Shown: positions 10,324 to 20,464, counted from the first letter of the stretch. The stretch is 64,000 bases of DNA from Dehalococcoidia bacterium (GCA_963662435.1 OY759598.1:372001-436000); one strand, 5' to 3'. The notes: generated from the letters alone by a model not told the origin. A program made the numbers and translations.

Positions 10324-10833
10324 TCAGCAGCCGCGCTCAAGGAAATAGACCATGTGTGCCTCGTCGAGGCGCTCTCCGTCGATGATCAGCGAGTTGGGCT
10401 CGACGCCATAGGTCTCGAAGCCGAGCGAGGCGTACAGGCCGCGCGCGGGCTCTTGCCGGGTGACGACGGCCAGTTGCACCTGCTCCAGCCCAGGGAGCAG
10501 CGCGGCGCGCGCCAGGAGCTCCCGCATGAGTGTCCTGCCGATGCCCTGGCCCTGCCTCTTGGAGGGGACGTACATGCCCCAGACGTGGCCCTTGTGCCGC
10601 ATCTTCTCTCCCCCGGAGTCGCGGTAGAGGCCGACCATCCCCACGAGTTCCCCGTCCAGGTAGGCGCCGAGTGTGAAGTCGTCCTGAGACTCTGCCGCCC
10701 GGCGGAGCTTGTCTGCAACCGTCTCCGATGAAAGGCCGAAGGCGTCGGGGTACTCTATCAGCGACCTGAATCTCAGGTGCTGGAAGTCCTCGGCGTTGTC
10801 TTCGGTCAAAGCGCGGATGTCCAGATGTCCCAT
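10324..10833 (-). CDS. GNAT family N-acetyltransferase
   Basis: HKGHVWGMYV...QGQGIGRTLM and ARGLYASLGF motifs; start reset to 10833. Confidence 0.88.
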   Translation of the reverse strand: MGHLDIRALTEDNAEDFQHLRFRSLIEYPDAFGLSSETVADKLRRAAESQDDFTLGAYLDGELVGMVGLYRDSGGEKMRHKGHVWGMYVPSKRQGQGIGRTLMRELLARAALLPGLEQVQLAVVTRQEPARGLYASLGFETYGVEPNSLIIDGERLDEAHMVYFLERGC

Positions 10834-10924
10834 GTCATGTGCTCCATCTCCCGGGTGTGCTCGAGGTTTGGCTGCCGCTTCTCGTCGTTCCCGTGGCGAC
10901 GGGACCCATCCTGCTTCCCCACCC

Positions 10925-10952
10925 CTGGATTCCGACCTTCGCCGGAATGACG
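10925..10952. repeat. REP-like palindromic unit
   Basis: CTGGATTCCGACCTTCGCCGGAATGACG, resembling the widespread GTCATTCCGGCGAA..CCGGAATCCAG type. Confidence 0.55.
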
Positions 10953-11130
10953 GTTGTGCGGAGTTCTCCCCGCGTGGCGTGGCTGTACGGCTCAGCGTAG
11001 TCACTGTCCACCGACCCCATCCGCTCCAATAGGGCTTCCTGCGTCAGTCCCCGCAGACTGCCTGTAACGTCGGGGGCGTATTGCCTCTCCCACCCGCGAA
11101 TCAACTCCATTTTCGAATCCCTATTCTCCT

Positions 11131-12021
11131 TCACCGTTGATGCCGCAGGCGCAGCATAGCCAGCCCCAGACCAGCCAGGGCTGCACCGATTCCCACCATA
11201 AGAGCCGGCGCCCAGACCGGCGGCACATAGCCTCCGGTCCTTGGAGGCTCCACCGAGTTCAGCGTGTAAGAGATGCGAGCGTAGTAGAGCTGGCTCAGAC
11301 CCTCGAAGCCTGAGTCGGTACCGACGATCAGCCAGACCCTTCCTTCGCTGTCAGTAGTCACGCTCAAAGGCAGGTCGGTGTTGTCCAGGGTCTTGATGCG
11401 GTACTCCCTGTTCGCCACCTCGGGGTGAGCCACATGGCCCAGGACCACCATGGATTCGCCGCCCCTGGACTGGTTGCCCTTATCGATGTTCATCCTGAGA
11501 TGCCGGCTGCTGTCCTCTTCGACCAACGGCTCGACGGTGGAGGCCCCCGCTTTCACGAATACGCTCTCACCGGGCGAGCCTCCTATACCGAACGACCCTG
11601 CGGGGACGTTGGTAGCTAAGTCAATGGACACGGAGACCGCAAATATCGTGTTCGGCCTCAGTCCATCAACCCGCCTCTTTAGAAACATGAACAGGTCGTC
11701 GCTGCGGTTGTGCCCCTGGACGAAGATACCACTGCCTGCAAGACCGTCGGGAAGCGGGCGATGCTCGTGGTGTAACTCATAGATCGACTGATTGTAGTCG
11801 ACGGGCAAGTCTGCGAATCCCACCATCCATCCTTCGGCGTCGCTCTTGAAATCGAAGCCAAACTCGCCCTCACCTTCATCTTGTGCGAGCGCCGTTGCCG
11901 GGCTCAAGAAGACTGCCAAAACGACGAATACGGGGATGAGCAACAAATCGTGACGCGGTCTTCGTAGTGAGATTCCCAATATATCCTCCCTCTTGATGAC
12001 ATCTTGGCTCAGACCGGACAC
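11131..12021 (-). CDS. Secreted protein with sortase-like PPRTG sorting signal
   Basis: Signal peptide (ATALA), GFADLP / NRSDDLFMF / GTDSGFEG domain, PPRTGG + TM helix + RLRHQR tail; start uncertain. Confidence 0.75.
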   Translation of the reverse strand: MSGLSQDVIKREDILGISLRRPRHDLLLIPVFVVLAVFLSPATALAQDEGEGEFGFDFKSDAEGWMVGFADLPVDYNQSIYELHHEHRPLPDGLAGSGIFVQGHNRSDDLFMFLKRRVDGLRPNTIFAVSVSIDLATNVPAGSFGIGGSPGESVFVKAGASTVEPLVEEDSSRHLRMNIDKGNQSRGGESMVVLGHVAHPEVANREYRIKTLDNTDLPLSVTTDSEGRVWLIVGTDSGFEGLSQLYYARISYTLNSVEPPRTGGYVPPVWAPALMVGIGAALAGLGLAMLRLRHQR

Positions 12022-12037
12022 TTCCCGTCTTGAAGGG

Positions 12038-14410
12038 CTACTCCGTCCCAGGGTCTCCCTCCTTTGGCATCCGGTAGCCGATACGGGGCTCGGCAAAGAA
12101 GTAGGTGGGGTTGCTCGCGTCCTCGCCGATCTTTCTGCGAATCTGGCTCAGGTGGGTGCGGAGCGCCCGCAGGTTGTCCGGCCTCTTCGCGCCCCAGATC
12201 CTCCTCAAGAGCTCATCGTGGGTCACCACTCCTCCGGCGTTGACCGACAGCTCATAGAGGAGTTGGTACTCCTTGGCCCTCAGCTGGACGACGCGGCCGG
12301 CTAACGTGACCCGGCGCTCGGCGTAGTCGATGTACAGATCGCCATAAGCGTAGGGTTCTGGTGCCTGGGACTGATAGGAACCCGCCCTCCTTCGAAGGGC
12401 GGATCTGACCCTGGCGACGAGTTCCGTTGGAGAGAATGGCTTGACGACGTAATCGTCGGCCCCAGCCTCGAAGGCCCGCGCCACCACTGGGTCTCGGCCG
12501 TAGGCGGAGATGAAGATCACCGGCACGTCGGCAACTGAGAGGACGTCTCGCATCACCGCGATGCCGTCGGTGTCCGGCAACACCATGTCGAGCAGTGCCA
12601 GATCGGGTGGGGTCTCCTCCATGGCGAGGATCACCTCCTCCGGATCGGCGATCACTACCGGATTGTAGCCAGCATCGGCGAGCACCCTGCGGACGTAGCG
12701 AAGCGTCTGCGGATCGTCGTCCACGACCAGAATGGTCTCTCCGGCACTCGTCTGCTGCTGCGGGTCTATGGCGGGCCGGACCCGATCGGCCGGGGCCTCT
12801 TCCACAACCGGCAGAGTGAAGACGAACCGAGCGCCCAGTCCCGGCCCGTCGCTCTCGGCCCGGATGCGGCCCCCGTGGGCCTCCACGATTCCCTTGCAGA
12901 TGGCGAGCCCGAGGCCAGTGTTGCCTCCGGGGTCGTCATCCTGCTGGCGTGACAACCTGCGGAACAGGTGCGGCAGGCGCTCGATGGGAATCCCCCTCCC
13001 TTCATCCGCGACCGATACTTTAATGTATAGGCCGTCCCGCGCAGCGGTGACCCCGATGGTGGACGATTCCGGCGAGTGCCTCGCGGCGTCGGCCAACAGA
13101 TTGCCGAAAACCTGGACGACGCGCCGCCGGTCTGCCATCACCAGGGGCAGGTCTGGTGCTAGGTCGATGTCGAGGTTGTTCCTGCTCCCGGAGCTTAGGA
13201 AGTTGGTGCGGGCCCGGTCCACCAGCGCGGCCACCTCCGCCGGTTCGGGGTTGATGTGTAGCGCCCCCGTCTCGATACGGGCCACGTCCAGCAGGTCGCC
13301 GATCAGATTGCGCATGCTGCCGACCTGATCGAGGATAATCCGCAGGAACTGGCGCGTCTCGGCGGGGTCCAGGTCCTCCGTGTCTTCCAGCATGGCCATC
13401 ACCGAGCCCCAGATGGAAGTCAGCGGTAAGCGCAGCTGATGGCTCACCATGCCAAGGAACTCGGCCCGGAGCCTTTCCATCTCTTCCAATGGCGTCATGT
13501 CCTGAATGGTGACGACCACGGAGTCCACCGCGCCCCCATCCGACCGGATGGGAGTGGCGTTGAGCAGCACACTGATGCTCCGCCCCTCGGGCATCGCCAG
13601 GACAATCTCTTCGGCCCGCACCGCCTTGGTGGTCGTGAGTACCTCGGCCAGGGGGAACTCGGTCAGGGAGAATTCGCTTCCGTCGGCGCGGCGCACGGTA
13701 AGTACCTCTGTCAGTTGCTCCGTAGTCTGGTCATGATTGATCAGTCCGCCGACGATCCGCGTCGCTTCCCTGTTGAACGACACTGGAGAGCCCTTCGTCG
13801 CGTCGAAGACGACGACTCCCACGGGGGACGTTTCGATCAGGGTCTCCAGGCCCGTCTTGGCGCGCTGCTCATCCCGGTGCCGGCGGGCGTTGGCGACGAC
13901 GAGGGCCACCTGGGAAGCGAACATGACGAGGGTCTCCTCGTCTTCCCGGCTGAACTCCTGGCCGGGCTCCTCCTTGCCCAAATGAATGTTGCCCACATTC
14001 ACGCCCCGGTGGCGTAGGGGAACGGCCAGAAATGAGCTGATATGCACGGGTGTGCGCAGTTCGTTGAGGCCCAGCGCCCTGGCGTGACTGCCCAGGTCCG
14101 GTACCCGCAAAGGCTCCGCCATGGCGCTGAGGTATTCGAAGAACTGTTCACCCTCGGGGACCTCCCAGAGACCCCGGGTCTCTTCGGCGGTCAGGCCGGA
14201 GGCGCGGAGTTCCTCAATCCGCCCCTCATCGTCCAGGGTCGTGATGACTACATAGCGGGCGTCAGTCAACGTCCGGGCACTGTCCAGCACTCCCTGCAGG
14301 ACATCTTCAAGGTCGAGGCTCTCGTTGACGCGGAGGCTGGCGTCACTCAAGCGGGACAGCCGGTCCCGCAGCGTCGCTATCTGCCGGTCTCGAACGTCAG
14401 GTTCGTTCAA
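12038..14410 (-). CDS. Hybrid sensor kinase/response regulator: GAF-PAS-HisKA-HATPase-REC-OmpR wHTH
   Basis: VSHQLRLPLTSI, GNLL...DEGRGI, GLGLAIC, VVDDD...LLD...KPF, LRTHLSQIRRKI...GYR; TTG start after AGGAGG. Confidence 0.9.
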   Translation of the reverse strand: MNEPDVRDRQIATLRDRLSRLSDASLRVNESLDLEDVLQGVLDSARTLTDARYVVITTLDDEGRIEELRASGLTAEETRGLWEVPEGEQFFEYLSAMAEPLRVPDLGSHARALGLNELRTPVHISSFLAVPLRHRGVNVGNIHLGKEEPGQEFSREDEETLVMFASQVALVVANARRHRDEQRAKTGLETLIETSPVGVVVFDATKGSPVSFNREATRIVGGLINHDQTTEQLTEVLTVRRADGSEFSLTEFPLAEVLTTTKAVRAEEIVLAMPEGRSISVLLNATPIRSDGGAVDSVVVTIQDMTPLEEMERLRAEFLGMVSHQLRLPLTSIWGSVMAMLEDTEDLDPAETRQFLRIILDQVGSMRNLIGDLLDVARIETGALHINPEPAEVAALVDRARTNFLSSGSRNNLDIDLAPDLPLVMADRRRVVQVFGNLLADAARHSPESSTIGVTAARDGLYIKVSVADEGRGIPIERLPHLFRRLSRQQDDDPGGNTGLGLAICKGIVEAHGGRIRAESDGPGLGARFVFTLPVVEEAPADRVRPAIDPQQQTSAGETILVVDDDPQTLRYVRRVLADAGYNPVVIADPEEVILAMEETPPDLALLDMVLPDTDGIAVMRDVLSVADVPVIFISAYGRDPVVARAFEAGADDYVVKPFSPTELVARVRSALRRRAGSYQSQAPEPYAYGDLYIDYAERRVTLAGRVVQLRAKEYQLLYELSVNAGGVVTHDELLRRIWGAKRPDNLRALRTHLSQIRRKIGEDASNPTYFFAEPRIGYRMPKEGDPGTE

Positions 14411-14700
14411 CTTTCCTCCTCACCGATTGTTGGATCGGCCCCCGAGGCTAGGCAGAGCCGATTATACCACTTTCGCTCAGAATTTAATCAATATGAAAGC
14501 GTTATTGCTCTAAGTTTTACCCCTGTTTTATCTGGGTGTCGCTAAACTATTGTCTTGGAAAGTTGTTTATCTGGCAAGTTGTATTCCGAGTTATTTAGCG
14601 ATGATATCTACGCATTACTCGTCCCATAAGACTGGAAAAACCTTGAAGGTTTAACAGTCAAGAAACCCTCTCTTGGATAAACCCATGACCAAGGTCGGAA
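14245..14700. repeat. Direct repeat copy A (kinase 5' end + divergent intergenic region + MTKV gene start)
   Basis: Aligns by eye with 22106-22555. Confidence 0.85.
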
Positions 14701-14863
14701 GGCTCAGACTGCTAACCCTGACGGTGCTATCTCACACTTCCCCATTCCGTTTCGTCCAACACTTCCCGGGGCGCGGGGCGTTGTTCGTGTCGCGGGTGCT
14801 AATGCTGGTGGTGTTCACCATTTCCGGTAGCGGACACACCCACTTACTTTGGAGCACGTTGAT

Positions 14864-16858
14864 ATGAGTAGCCCCCACCAAATCACTCCAGCATCGACCT
14901 CATTCAGGCGGTTCTTTGGCCCAAATGCGATCCTATTTATTCTCTTCTTACTTGCCGCGGTGGGTGCGCTGAGCATTGCACTCGTCGATGCTAGAGGCGA
15001 TCTCGCCCAAGCAACTGAAGAGATCGGCGCGGAGAAGAGTCAGATTGAGGAGAAATATTTCAATGTCCAGAAGATCGAGGGCGACCCGGATGTCCTCGAT
15101 GAAAGGGTCGAATCCCTACAGGCCGAGCGAGACGATCTTGAGGCGACAGTCGAATCCCTGCGAGCCGAGCGGAACGGACTTGAGGCGACGGTCGAATCCC
15201 TTTGGGGCGAGCGGGACGGATTTGAGATGACTGTCAAAACGATGCAGGGGGAGCGGGACGGATTTGCGGCGACGGTCGAATCTCTGCAGGGCGAGCGGGA
15301 CGGACTTGAGGCGACGGTAGAAACCCTGCAGGACGAGCGGGTTGTCCTTGATGCAACGGTCGAAACCCTGCAGGGCGAGCAGGATGTCCTCAATGCAACG
15401 GTCGAATCAGTGCAGGGCGAGCGGGACGTCCTTGAGGCGACGGTCGAATCCCTGCGTGCCGAAAGGAACGGTCTTGAGGGGACGGTCGAATCCCTGCGAG
15501 CCGAGCGAAACGGTCTTGAGGCGACGGTCGAATTCCTGCAGGGCGAGCGAGACGGACTCGATACAACGGTCGAATCAGTGCAGGGCGAGAGAGTCGTCCT
15601 CGATGCGACGGTCGAAACCCTGCGGGCGGAGCGGAACGGACTTGAGGCGACGGTCGAATCGCTGCAGGTCGAAAGGAACGGTCTTGAGGCGACGGTCAGA
15701 TCCCTACAGGGTGAGCGGGACGAATTTGAGGCGATGGTCCAATCTCTGCAAGCCGAACGGGACGAATTTGAGGCGATGGTCGAATCTCTGCAAGCCGAAC
15801 GGGACGGACTTGAGGCGACGGTCGATTCCGTGCAGGCCGAGCGGGACGGACTTGAGGCGGCGGTCGAATCTCTGCAAGCCGAGCGGGACGGACTTGAGGC
15901 GACGGTCGAATTGCTGCGAGCCGAACGGGACGACCTCGAAGCGAAGGCCGAAACCCTGCAGCGCGTGCGGGGCTGGCTTGCGGCCTCCAATTCTGACCTA
16001 AGCGACGAGAACAATAGCATGATGGCGACGATACAGACTCTGGAAGGGGAGAGGCACAGACTCGAAATTCAAGTGGAGGAATTCAAGCTCGCATATGAAT
16101 CCGTGACCACACTGGTGGAGGAATTCAAGCTCGCATATGAATCCGTGACCACATTGGAGGAGAGGGCGGAGGGTCTGCGAGCTGTCATCGCCGGCCTGGA
16201 GGAGGACCGCAAGGCCCTGCAAGTGAAATCAAACGAGATGTTTCCCACCTGCACCGGCAGCATGGAACCTAAGATCACGTGCCTGGACACCGTCGTGTTA
16301 CTCCAGAATTTCCACCCGGAGGACATAGCAGTGGACACTGTAATCTCCTATCACTCTCCAAGTGATGCTACCCCAGTGCTTCACAGGGTCAAGAATATCA
16401 AGATCGAAGACAATGTCTACTACTTCTGGCCCAAGGGAGACGCCTTGGACAAGCCGGACGGGCACTGGATCCCGGAGGGCAACTTGTTTGGATATGTAAT
16501 CGAACTCCAACAAGGGACACGGCCGCAGAACGCAGCCCTCAGAGCACGGGTGAATGGAGCCAAGCAACAGTACGAATCCGCCAGAAGGGAGATGCTTGAG
16601 GCCAGAGACAAGTACGACGACACGGTTATCAGGCATTGCGGGAGCTTAGAAGCCGTTTCCTCGTGCTCCTTTTCCCAAGAAACCCTGTTAGAGATCAGGG
16701 AGGCCTACGACGCTTTCTCCCAGGCCTGGGATCAGTACTTGATAGCCGCATGCGACTACGACGAGGCCTACTTCCGTGGTATCCACGAAAGTAAGCCGTT
16801 AGCTGAGCAAATGCCCGATCCTTATGTTGCCCCTTCCGTCTGTTCCCAGAGCAGCTAG
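14864..16858 (+). CDS. Membrane-anchored coiled-coil protein with C-terminal S26 signal-peptidase-like domain
   Basis: N-terminal TM; 14-aa repeats; TGSMEP...VLHRV...KGD motifs; ATG 14864 after GGAG. Confidence 0.8.
   Translation: MSSPHQITPASTSFRRFFGPNAILFILFLLAAVGALSIALVDARGDLAQATEEIGAEKSQIEEKYFNVQKIEGDPDVLDERVESLQAERDDLEATVESLRAERNGLEATVESLWGERDGFEMTVKTMQGERDGFAATVESLQGERDGLEATVETLQDERVVLDATVETLQGEQDVLNATVESVQGERDVLEATVESLRAERNGLEGTVESLRAERNGLEATVEFLQGERDGLDTTVESVQGERVVLDATVETLRAERNGLEATVESLQVERNGLEATVRSLQGERDEFEAMVQSLQAERDEFEAMVESLQAERDGLEATVDSVQAERDGLEAAVESLQAERDGLEATVELLRAERDDLEAKAETLQRVRGWLAASNSDLSDENNSMMATIQTLEGERHRLEIQVEEFKLAYESVTTLVEEFKLAYESVTTLEERAEGLRAVIAGLEEDRKALQVKSNEMFPTCTGSMEPKITCLDTVVLLQNFHPEDIAVDTVISYHSPSDATPVLHRVKNIKIEDNVYYFWPKGDALDKPDGHWIPEGNLFGYVIELQQGTRPQNAALRARVNGAKQQYESARREMLEARDKYDDTVIRHCGSLEAVSSCSFSQETLLEIREAYDAFSQAWDQYLIAACDYDEAYFRGIHESKPLAEQMPDPYVAPSVCSQSS
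15092..15973 (+). repeat. Coding tandem repeat, 21 x 42 bp (LEATVESLQAERDG)
   Basis: Units counted in the translation. Confidence 0.92.
16073..16156 (+). repeat. Near-perfect 42-bp tandem duplication (VEEFKLAYESVTTL x2)
   Basis: gtggaggaattcaagctcgcatatgaatccgtgaccaca at 16073 and 16115. Confidence 0.9.
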
Positions 16859-16994
16859 AGAAAGTACCCGCGTCAACTAAAGACCCCTGAAGTTACATGA
16901 TGGACGTAAGAAATACGAGTCCGGCAATTCATTTGTCGGGGAAGCATTGGGCCGAAATGTCGTGCTTACACAGACAACGATAGGTGGTGTACTG

Positions 16995-18464
16995 ATGAAT
17001 GTCATTTCTGGCCTTTTCGGTTCTCGTTTCGGGATCAGGTTCCCCGGAATCGTTGCCCATGTCTCGCTGGCCCTGGGCATGGCCCTGGCCCTTCTTCTCA
17101 TCCCGGGCACCGTAGCGGCAGAGGGGCAAGACGAGTTTACTGCGCCCATCGCCCTAGAGGAGGGCCGTTCCGCACCGCCCGGGGTCTTGGAAGACACCAG
17201 TGACGCCCCGGAACGCCTGCAGCAACAGGTGCGGGGCAACTCCGACGCAGGCATCACCCAAAAAACGTCTACAACGCTCGTCAGCAACATCGGGCAGGCC
17301 AATGCCGCCAATTTTTCATTCACCGTAGACCGCGCGCTGCCGTTCACCACGGGCAGCAATGCCGCCGGCTATACGCTGACCCGTATCGACATGATCATGA
17401 GGGCCACCAGTGGGCAGCCCAGCTTCTCGGTGAACATTACCGAAGATTCGTCCGGACTACCTGGCAGCAGCCTCGGTACGCTCAAGAATCCGACGCTGGG
17501 GAGCTCGTTTGGCACCGTGCAGTTTTCGGCATCCGGCGACGGCATCGATCTCGACGCCACCAGCACGTATTGGATGATAATCAACGTACACACCAGTGTC
17601 ACCACTAGTCATGTCAGGGCAACGATTTCGGACGCTGAGGATTCGGGCGCGGCGTCCGGCTGGGAGATCGGGAACAATCAACGCGTGCGGGGTCACCTGC
17701 AAAGTACTTGGGTCGGGAGCGGCAGCAGTGCTGAAGTCGCGAAGATGAAGGTCGTTGGCTATGCGAATTCGAATGAGCCTGCGGTTCTGACAAGCGGGGA
17801 GATCAACGGCGCCACACTGGTTCTCACCTTCGACAGCAAGCTGGACACCACTTCGGTCCCTGCTGCGGGTCGGTTCACGATCGAGGCCGGCGGGTCTTCG
17901 CACACGGCCACCGGGATTTCGATTAGCGGAAGGGAGGTCAGGCTCACGGTGCCGGCCGTGAAGGAGGGCCAGTTCGTGACGGTGTCCTACAGGAAACCGG
18001 GCAGCAATCCTCTAAAGGGCGGGAATGGCAAGGCCGTGGCCTCGTTCAGCAATCAGGTCGTGGCCAACAATACGCAACCGCCGCAAGGCGCTCCTCCGCT
18101 GCGCGCTCCAATCACCTATACGGAGGGCGAAGAGACAAGAGAGGTTGGGGTGTTTTCGGCCGATCGTGACACTCTCTACAACTACTTCGTCTCCGAGTGC
18201 ACCCACCTGAAGTCGGTAACGAGCGACCGCGACTACTCGCAATTTTGGGAGATCAACGGGCGCAGAATCAGGACACAGGCGAGGAACGGCTGGAAATGGA
18301 TATGGGTACAGAATGCAAACGGTGACGTCGTGGGCTCCAGGCCAATGACGGTGTCTGAGTGCGCCAGCTTGAAACTGTACCAGAGACAGGCGTTTTGTGC
18401 TAAATACGCTGACAGGCAAGGTTCCAATGAGCAGAAGTTATGCCCAACGAATCGGAACTGGTGA
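16995..18464 (+). CDS. Secreted surface protein with SwmB-like domain (copy 1)
   Basis: Signal peptide (TVAA); LVSNIGQ...FTTGSN..GY domain; LVLTFD..LD...VTVSY..PGSNPL SwmB-like domain; 4-Cys C-terminal domain. Confidence 0.8.
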   Translation: MNVISGLFGSRFGIRFPGIVAHVSLALGMALALLLIPGTVAAEGQDEFTAPIALEEGRSAPPGVLEDTSDAPERLQQQVRGNSDAGITQKTSTTLVSNIGQANAANFSFTVDRALPFTTGSNAAGYTLTRIDMIMRATSGQPSFSVNITEDSSGLPGSSLGTLKNPTLGSSFGTVQFSASGDGIDLDATSTYWMIINVHTSVTTSHVRATISDAEDSGAASGWEIGNNQRVRGHLQSTWVGSGSSAEVAKMKVVGYANSNEPAVLTSGEINGATLVLTFDSKLDTTSVPAAGRFTIEAGGSSHTATGISISGREVRLTVPAVKEGQFVTVSYRKPGSNPLKGGNGKAVASFSNQVVANNTQPPQGAPPLRAPITYTEGEETREVGVFSADRDTLYNYFVSECTHLKSVTSDRDYSQFWEINGRRIRTQARNGWKWIWVQNANGDVVGSRPMTVSECASLKLYQRQAFCAKYADRQGSNEQKLCPTNRNW

Positions 18465-19006
18465 CGCACCTGATGGCTGCGTGACACTGCGCCTCACGCC
18501 CACCAGTCCGAAAAACGCGCGTTTGCGTCCACAGACAACGAAAGGTGGTGTATCGATGAATGTCATTTTTGGCCTTTTCGGTTCTCGTTTCGGAATCAGG
18601 TTCCCCGGAATCGTTGCCCATGTCTCGCTGGCCATGGGCATGGCCCTGTCCCTTCTTCTCATCCCGGGCACCGTAGCGGCAGAAGGACAAGACGAGTTTA
18701 CTGCGCCCATCGCCCTGGAGGAGGGCCGTTCCGCACCGCCCGGCGTCTTGGAAGACACCAGTGACGCCCCGGAACGCCTGCAGCGACAGGTGCGGGGCAA
18801 CTCCGACGTTGGCATCAAACAAACGTCCAAAACGCTCGTTGGAAATAACGAGAAGTCGGACGCAGGGACACTTGGGTTCAACAGGGACCGTGGTCAGCCG
18901 TTCACGACAGGCAGCAACACCCACGGCTACAAGCTGACCAGCGTGCAGATCGCCTCCAATGTAACGGTGATTATCTACTTGACGCACGTTTTTGTAGGTG
19001 ATATGA

Positions 19007-19156
19007 TCACTTTATGGACTTGATAAACGCACTAGCAACACGGTCTAACTCGCGTTTGGCGCGTTTGCCAAACAGCTTTTCAGCTACTTCCGAGTCGGCC
19101 TTTTGCGTAATGTCTTTTGGTAACAACCGACGCCGCTTTTTAGGAGCTTGAGCCAT
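19007..19156 (-). CDS. Small basic protein (49 aa) divergent from the transposase
   Basis: MAQAPKKRRRLL...; start overlaps the transposase ATG in CATG; AGAAGG upstream. Confidence 0.45.
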   Translation of the reverse strand: MAQAPKKRRRLLPKDITQKADSEVAEKLFGKRAKRELDRVASAFIKSIK

Positions 19157-20045
19157 GACAAACCTTCTCACTTTGATGGACGACTTTAGCACTGATACCA
19201 AGTGCCGTGAACTTCTCGAACGTCTCCGTTGGCCGAACGGCGTTGCTTGCCTCCGATGTGGCTCTCTGAGCATATCGGAGATAGATACTCGAAAGCAGTA
19301 CGATTGCAACGCTTGCCGGTATCGGTTCAGCGTGACGGCGGACACCATCATGCACGACTCTCATTTGCCGCTCCGAAAGTGGTTCATCGCCATTTACCTC
19401 ATGTGCGAGTCCAAGAAGGGTATCTCCGCTCTGCAACTCAAACGGACGCTTGGAGTAGCCTACAAGACGGCGTGGTACCTCTCTCATCGCATCCGCGAGG
19501 CTATGGGGAACGATCCTCTTGACGGACCTACCTTGCTCGGCATCATCGAAGTTGACGAGACGCTTGTAGGCGGCAAGACGAAAGGCAAGGGACGCGCTTA
19601 CAAGGGGAATAAGACGTGGGTAGCGGGAGCGGTACAGCGTAAGGGAACCATTCGCCTCAAGCGCATTCCCGACGTGCGGCGCGACACGCTCCATGCCTTC
19701 ATCGCCGAGACGGTGAAAGACGAAGCCCAGGCGATCTACACAGACGAGCTCAAGTCGTACATCGGGATTGCCGACGAGAACACCCGCCATGAGACGGTCA
19801 ACCACAGCCTTGAGGAGTGGGTCGTGGGCGATGTGCATACCAACACGGTTGAAGGTGTGTGGTCGCTGTTCAAGCGTAGCATCGTCGGAGCGTTCCACAA
19901 GGTGAGCGCAAAGCACCTTGACCGCTATCTTGAGGAACTCGAATGGCGCTACAACAACCGCGACAACGACCACATCTTCGTTGACACGCTCAAGCGTATC
20001 GTCAACACCGAGCATCTTACCTACGAGCGGCTCACAGCCGCCTAG
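19155..20045 (+). CDS. IS1595 family transposase
   Basis: RWPNG..CxxC...CxxC zinc ribbon, IEVDET, IYTDE, VNHS...HTNTVEG.WS..KR, YL.E..WRYN. Confidence 0.96.
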   Translation: MTNLLTLMDDFSTDTKCRELLERLRWPNGVACLRCGSLSISEIDTRKQYDCNACRYRFSVTADTIMHDSHLPLRKWFIAIYLMCESKKGISALQLKRTLGVAYKTAWYLSHRIREAMGNDPLDGPTLLGIIEVDETLVGGKTKGKGRAYKGNKTWVAGAVQRKGTIRLKRIPDVRRDTLHAFIAETVKDEAQAIYTDELKSYIGIADENTRHETVNHSLEEWVVGDVHTNTVEGVWSLFKRSIVGAFHKVSAKHLDRYLEELEWRYNNRDNDHIFVDTLKRIVNTEHLTYERLTAA

Positions 20046-20047
20046 GT

Positions 20048-20464
20048 CTAGGGTGTCGGCGTTGCCGTGGGAGTAGGCGTTGCCTCTAGCTCGGTGAGCC
20101 GATCGTCGAGGATATCCAACTGGTCGCGTAGGGCCTTGAGAGTCGTTTGCTCCGCTCCTACCACGTCGCGCCGCCCGGTCGCGCATCCATGCTCCCAAAC
20201 ACTCTCCAAGTGAGCTGATAGCGCAACTTCCATATCGTCTATCGGTGACGGTGTCGGTGTCGGGTCGTCGGCGTCGAAGTGCCAACGATTGGCTTCCCAT
20301 TGCTTGTACTCGGTCATTAGCGTGTCCGCATCGACCTCGCATCCCGTCCGGTAGTCGTCGATATTCTCCGTGAGCTTCTCGGACTGCGTGAACTGGCTGA
20401 AACTGCATCCCGCAGTCACGACGATCAAAACCGCTATGCCTATCGCTACCTGTAGTCGTTCCAT
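20048..20464 (-). CDS. IS passenger: predicted lipoprotein
   Basis: Lipobox VTAGC, PTP motifs, AAGGAGG RBS. Confidence 0.7.
   Translation of the reverse strand: MERLQVAIGIAVLIVVTAGCSFSQFTQSEKLTENIDDYRTGCEVDADTLMTEYKQWEANRWHFDADDPTPTPSPIDDMEVALSAHLESVWEHGCATGRRDVVGAEQTTLKALRDQLDILDDRLTELEATPTPTATPTP

Noticed and set aside
10835..11134. 99-aa ORF coupled to the upstream stop
   Set aside because: No recognisable family, and its 3' half is translated REP sequence.
15092..15973. Regular repeats as a possible CRISPR array
   Set aside because: No unique spacers; in-frame degenerate coding repeats; no cas genes.
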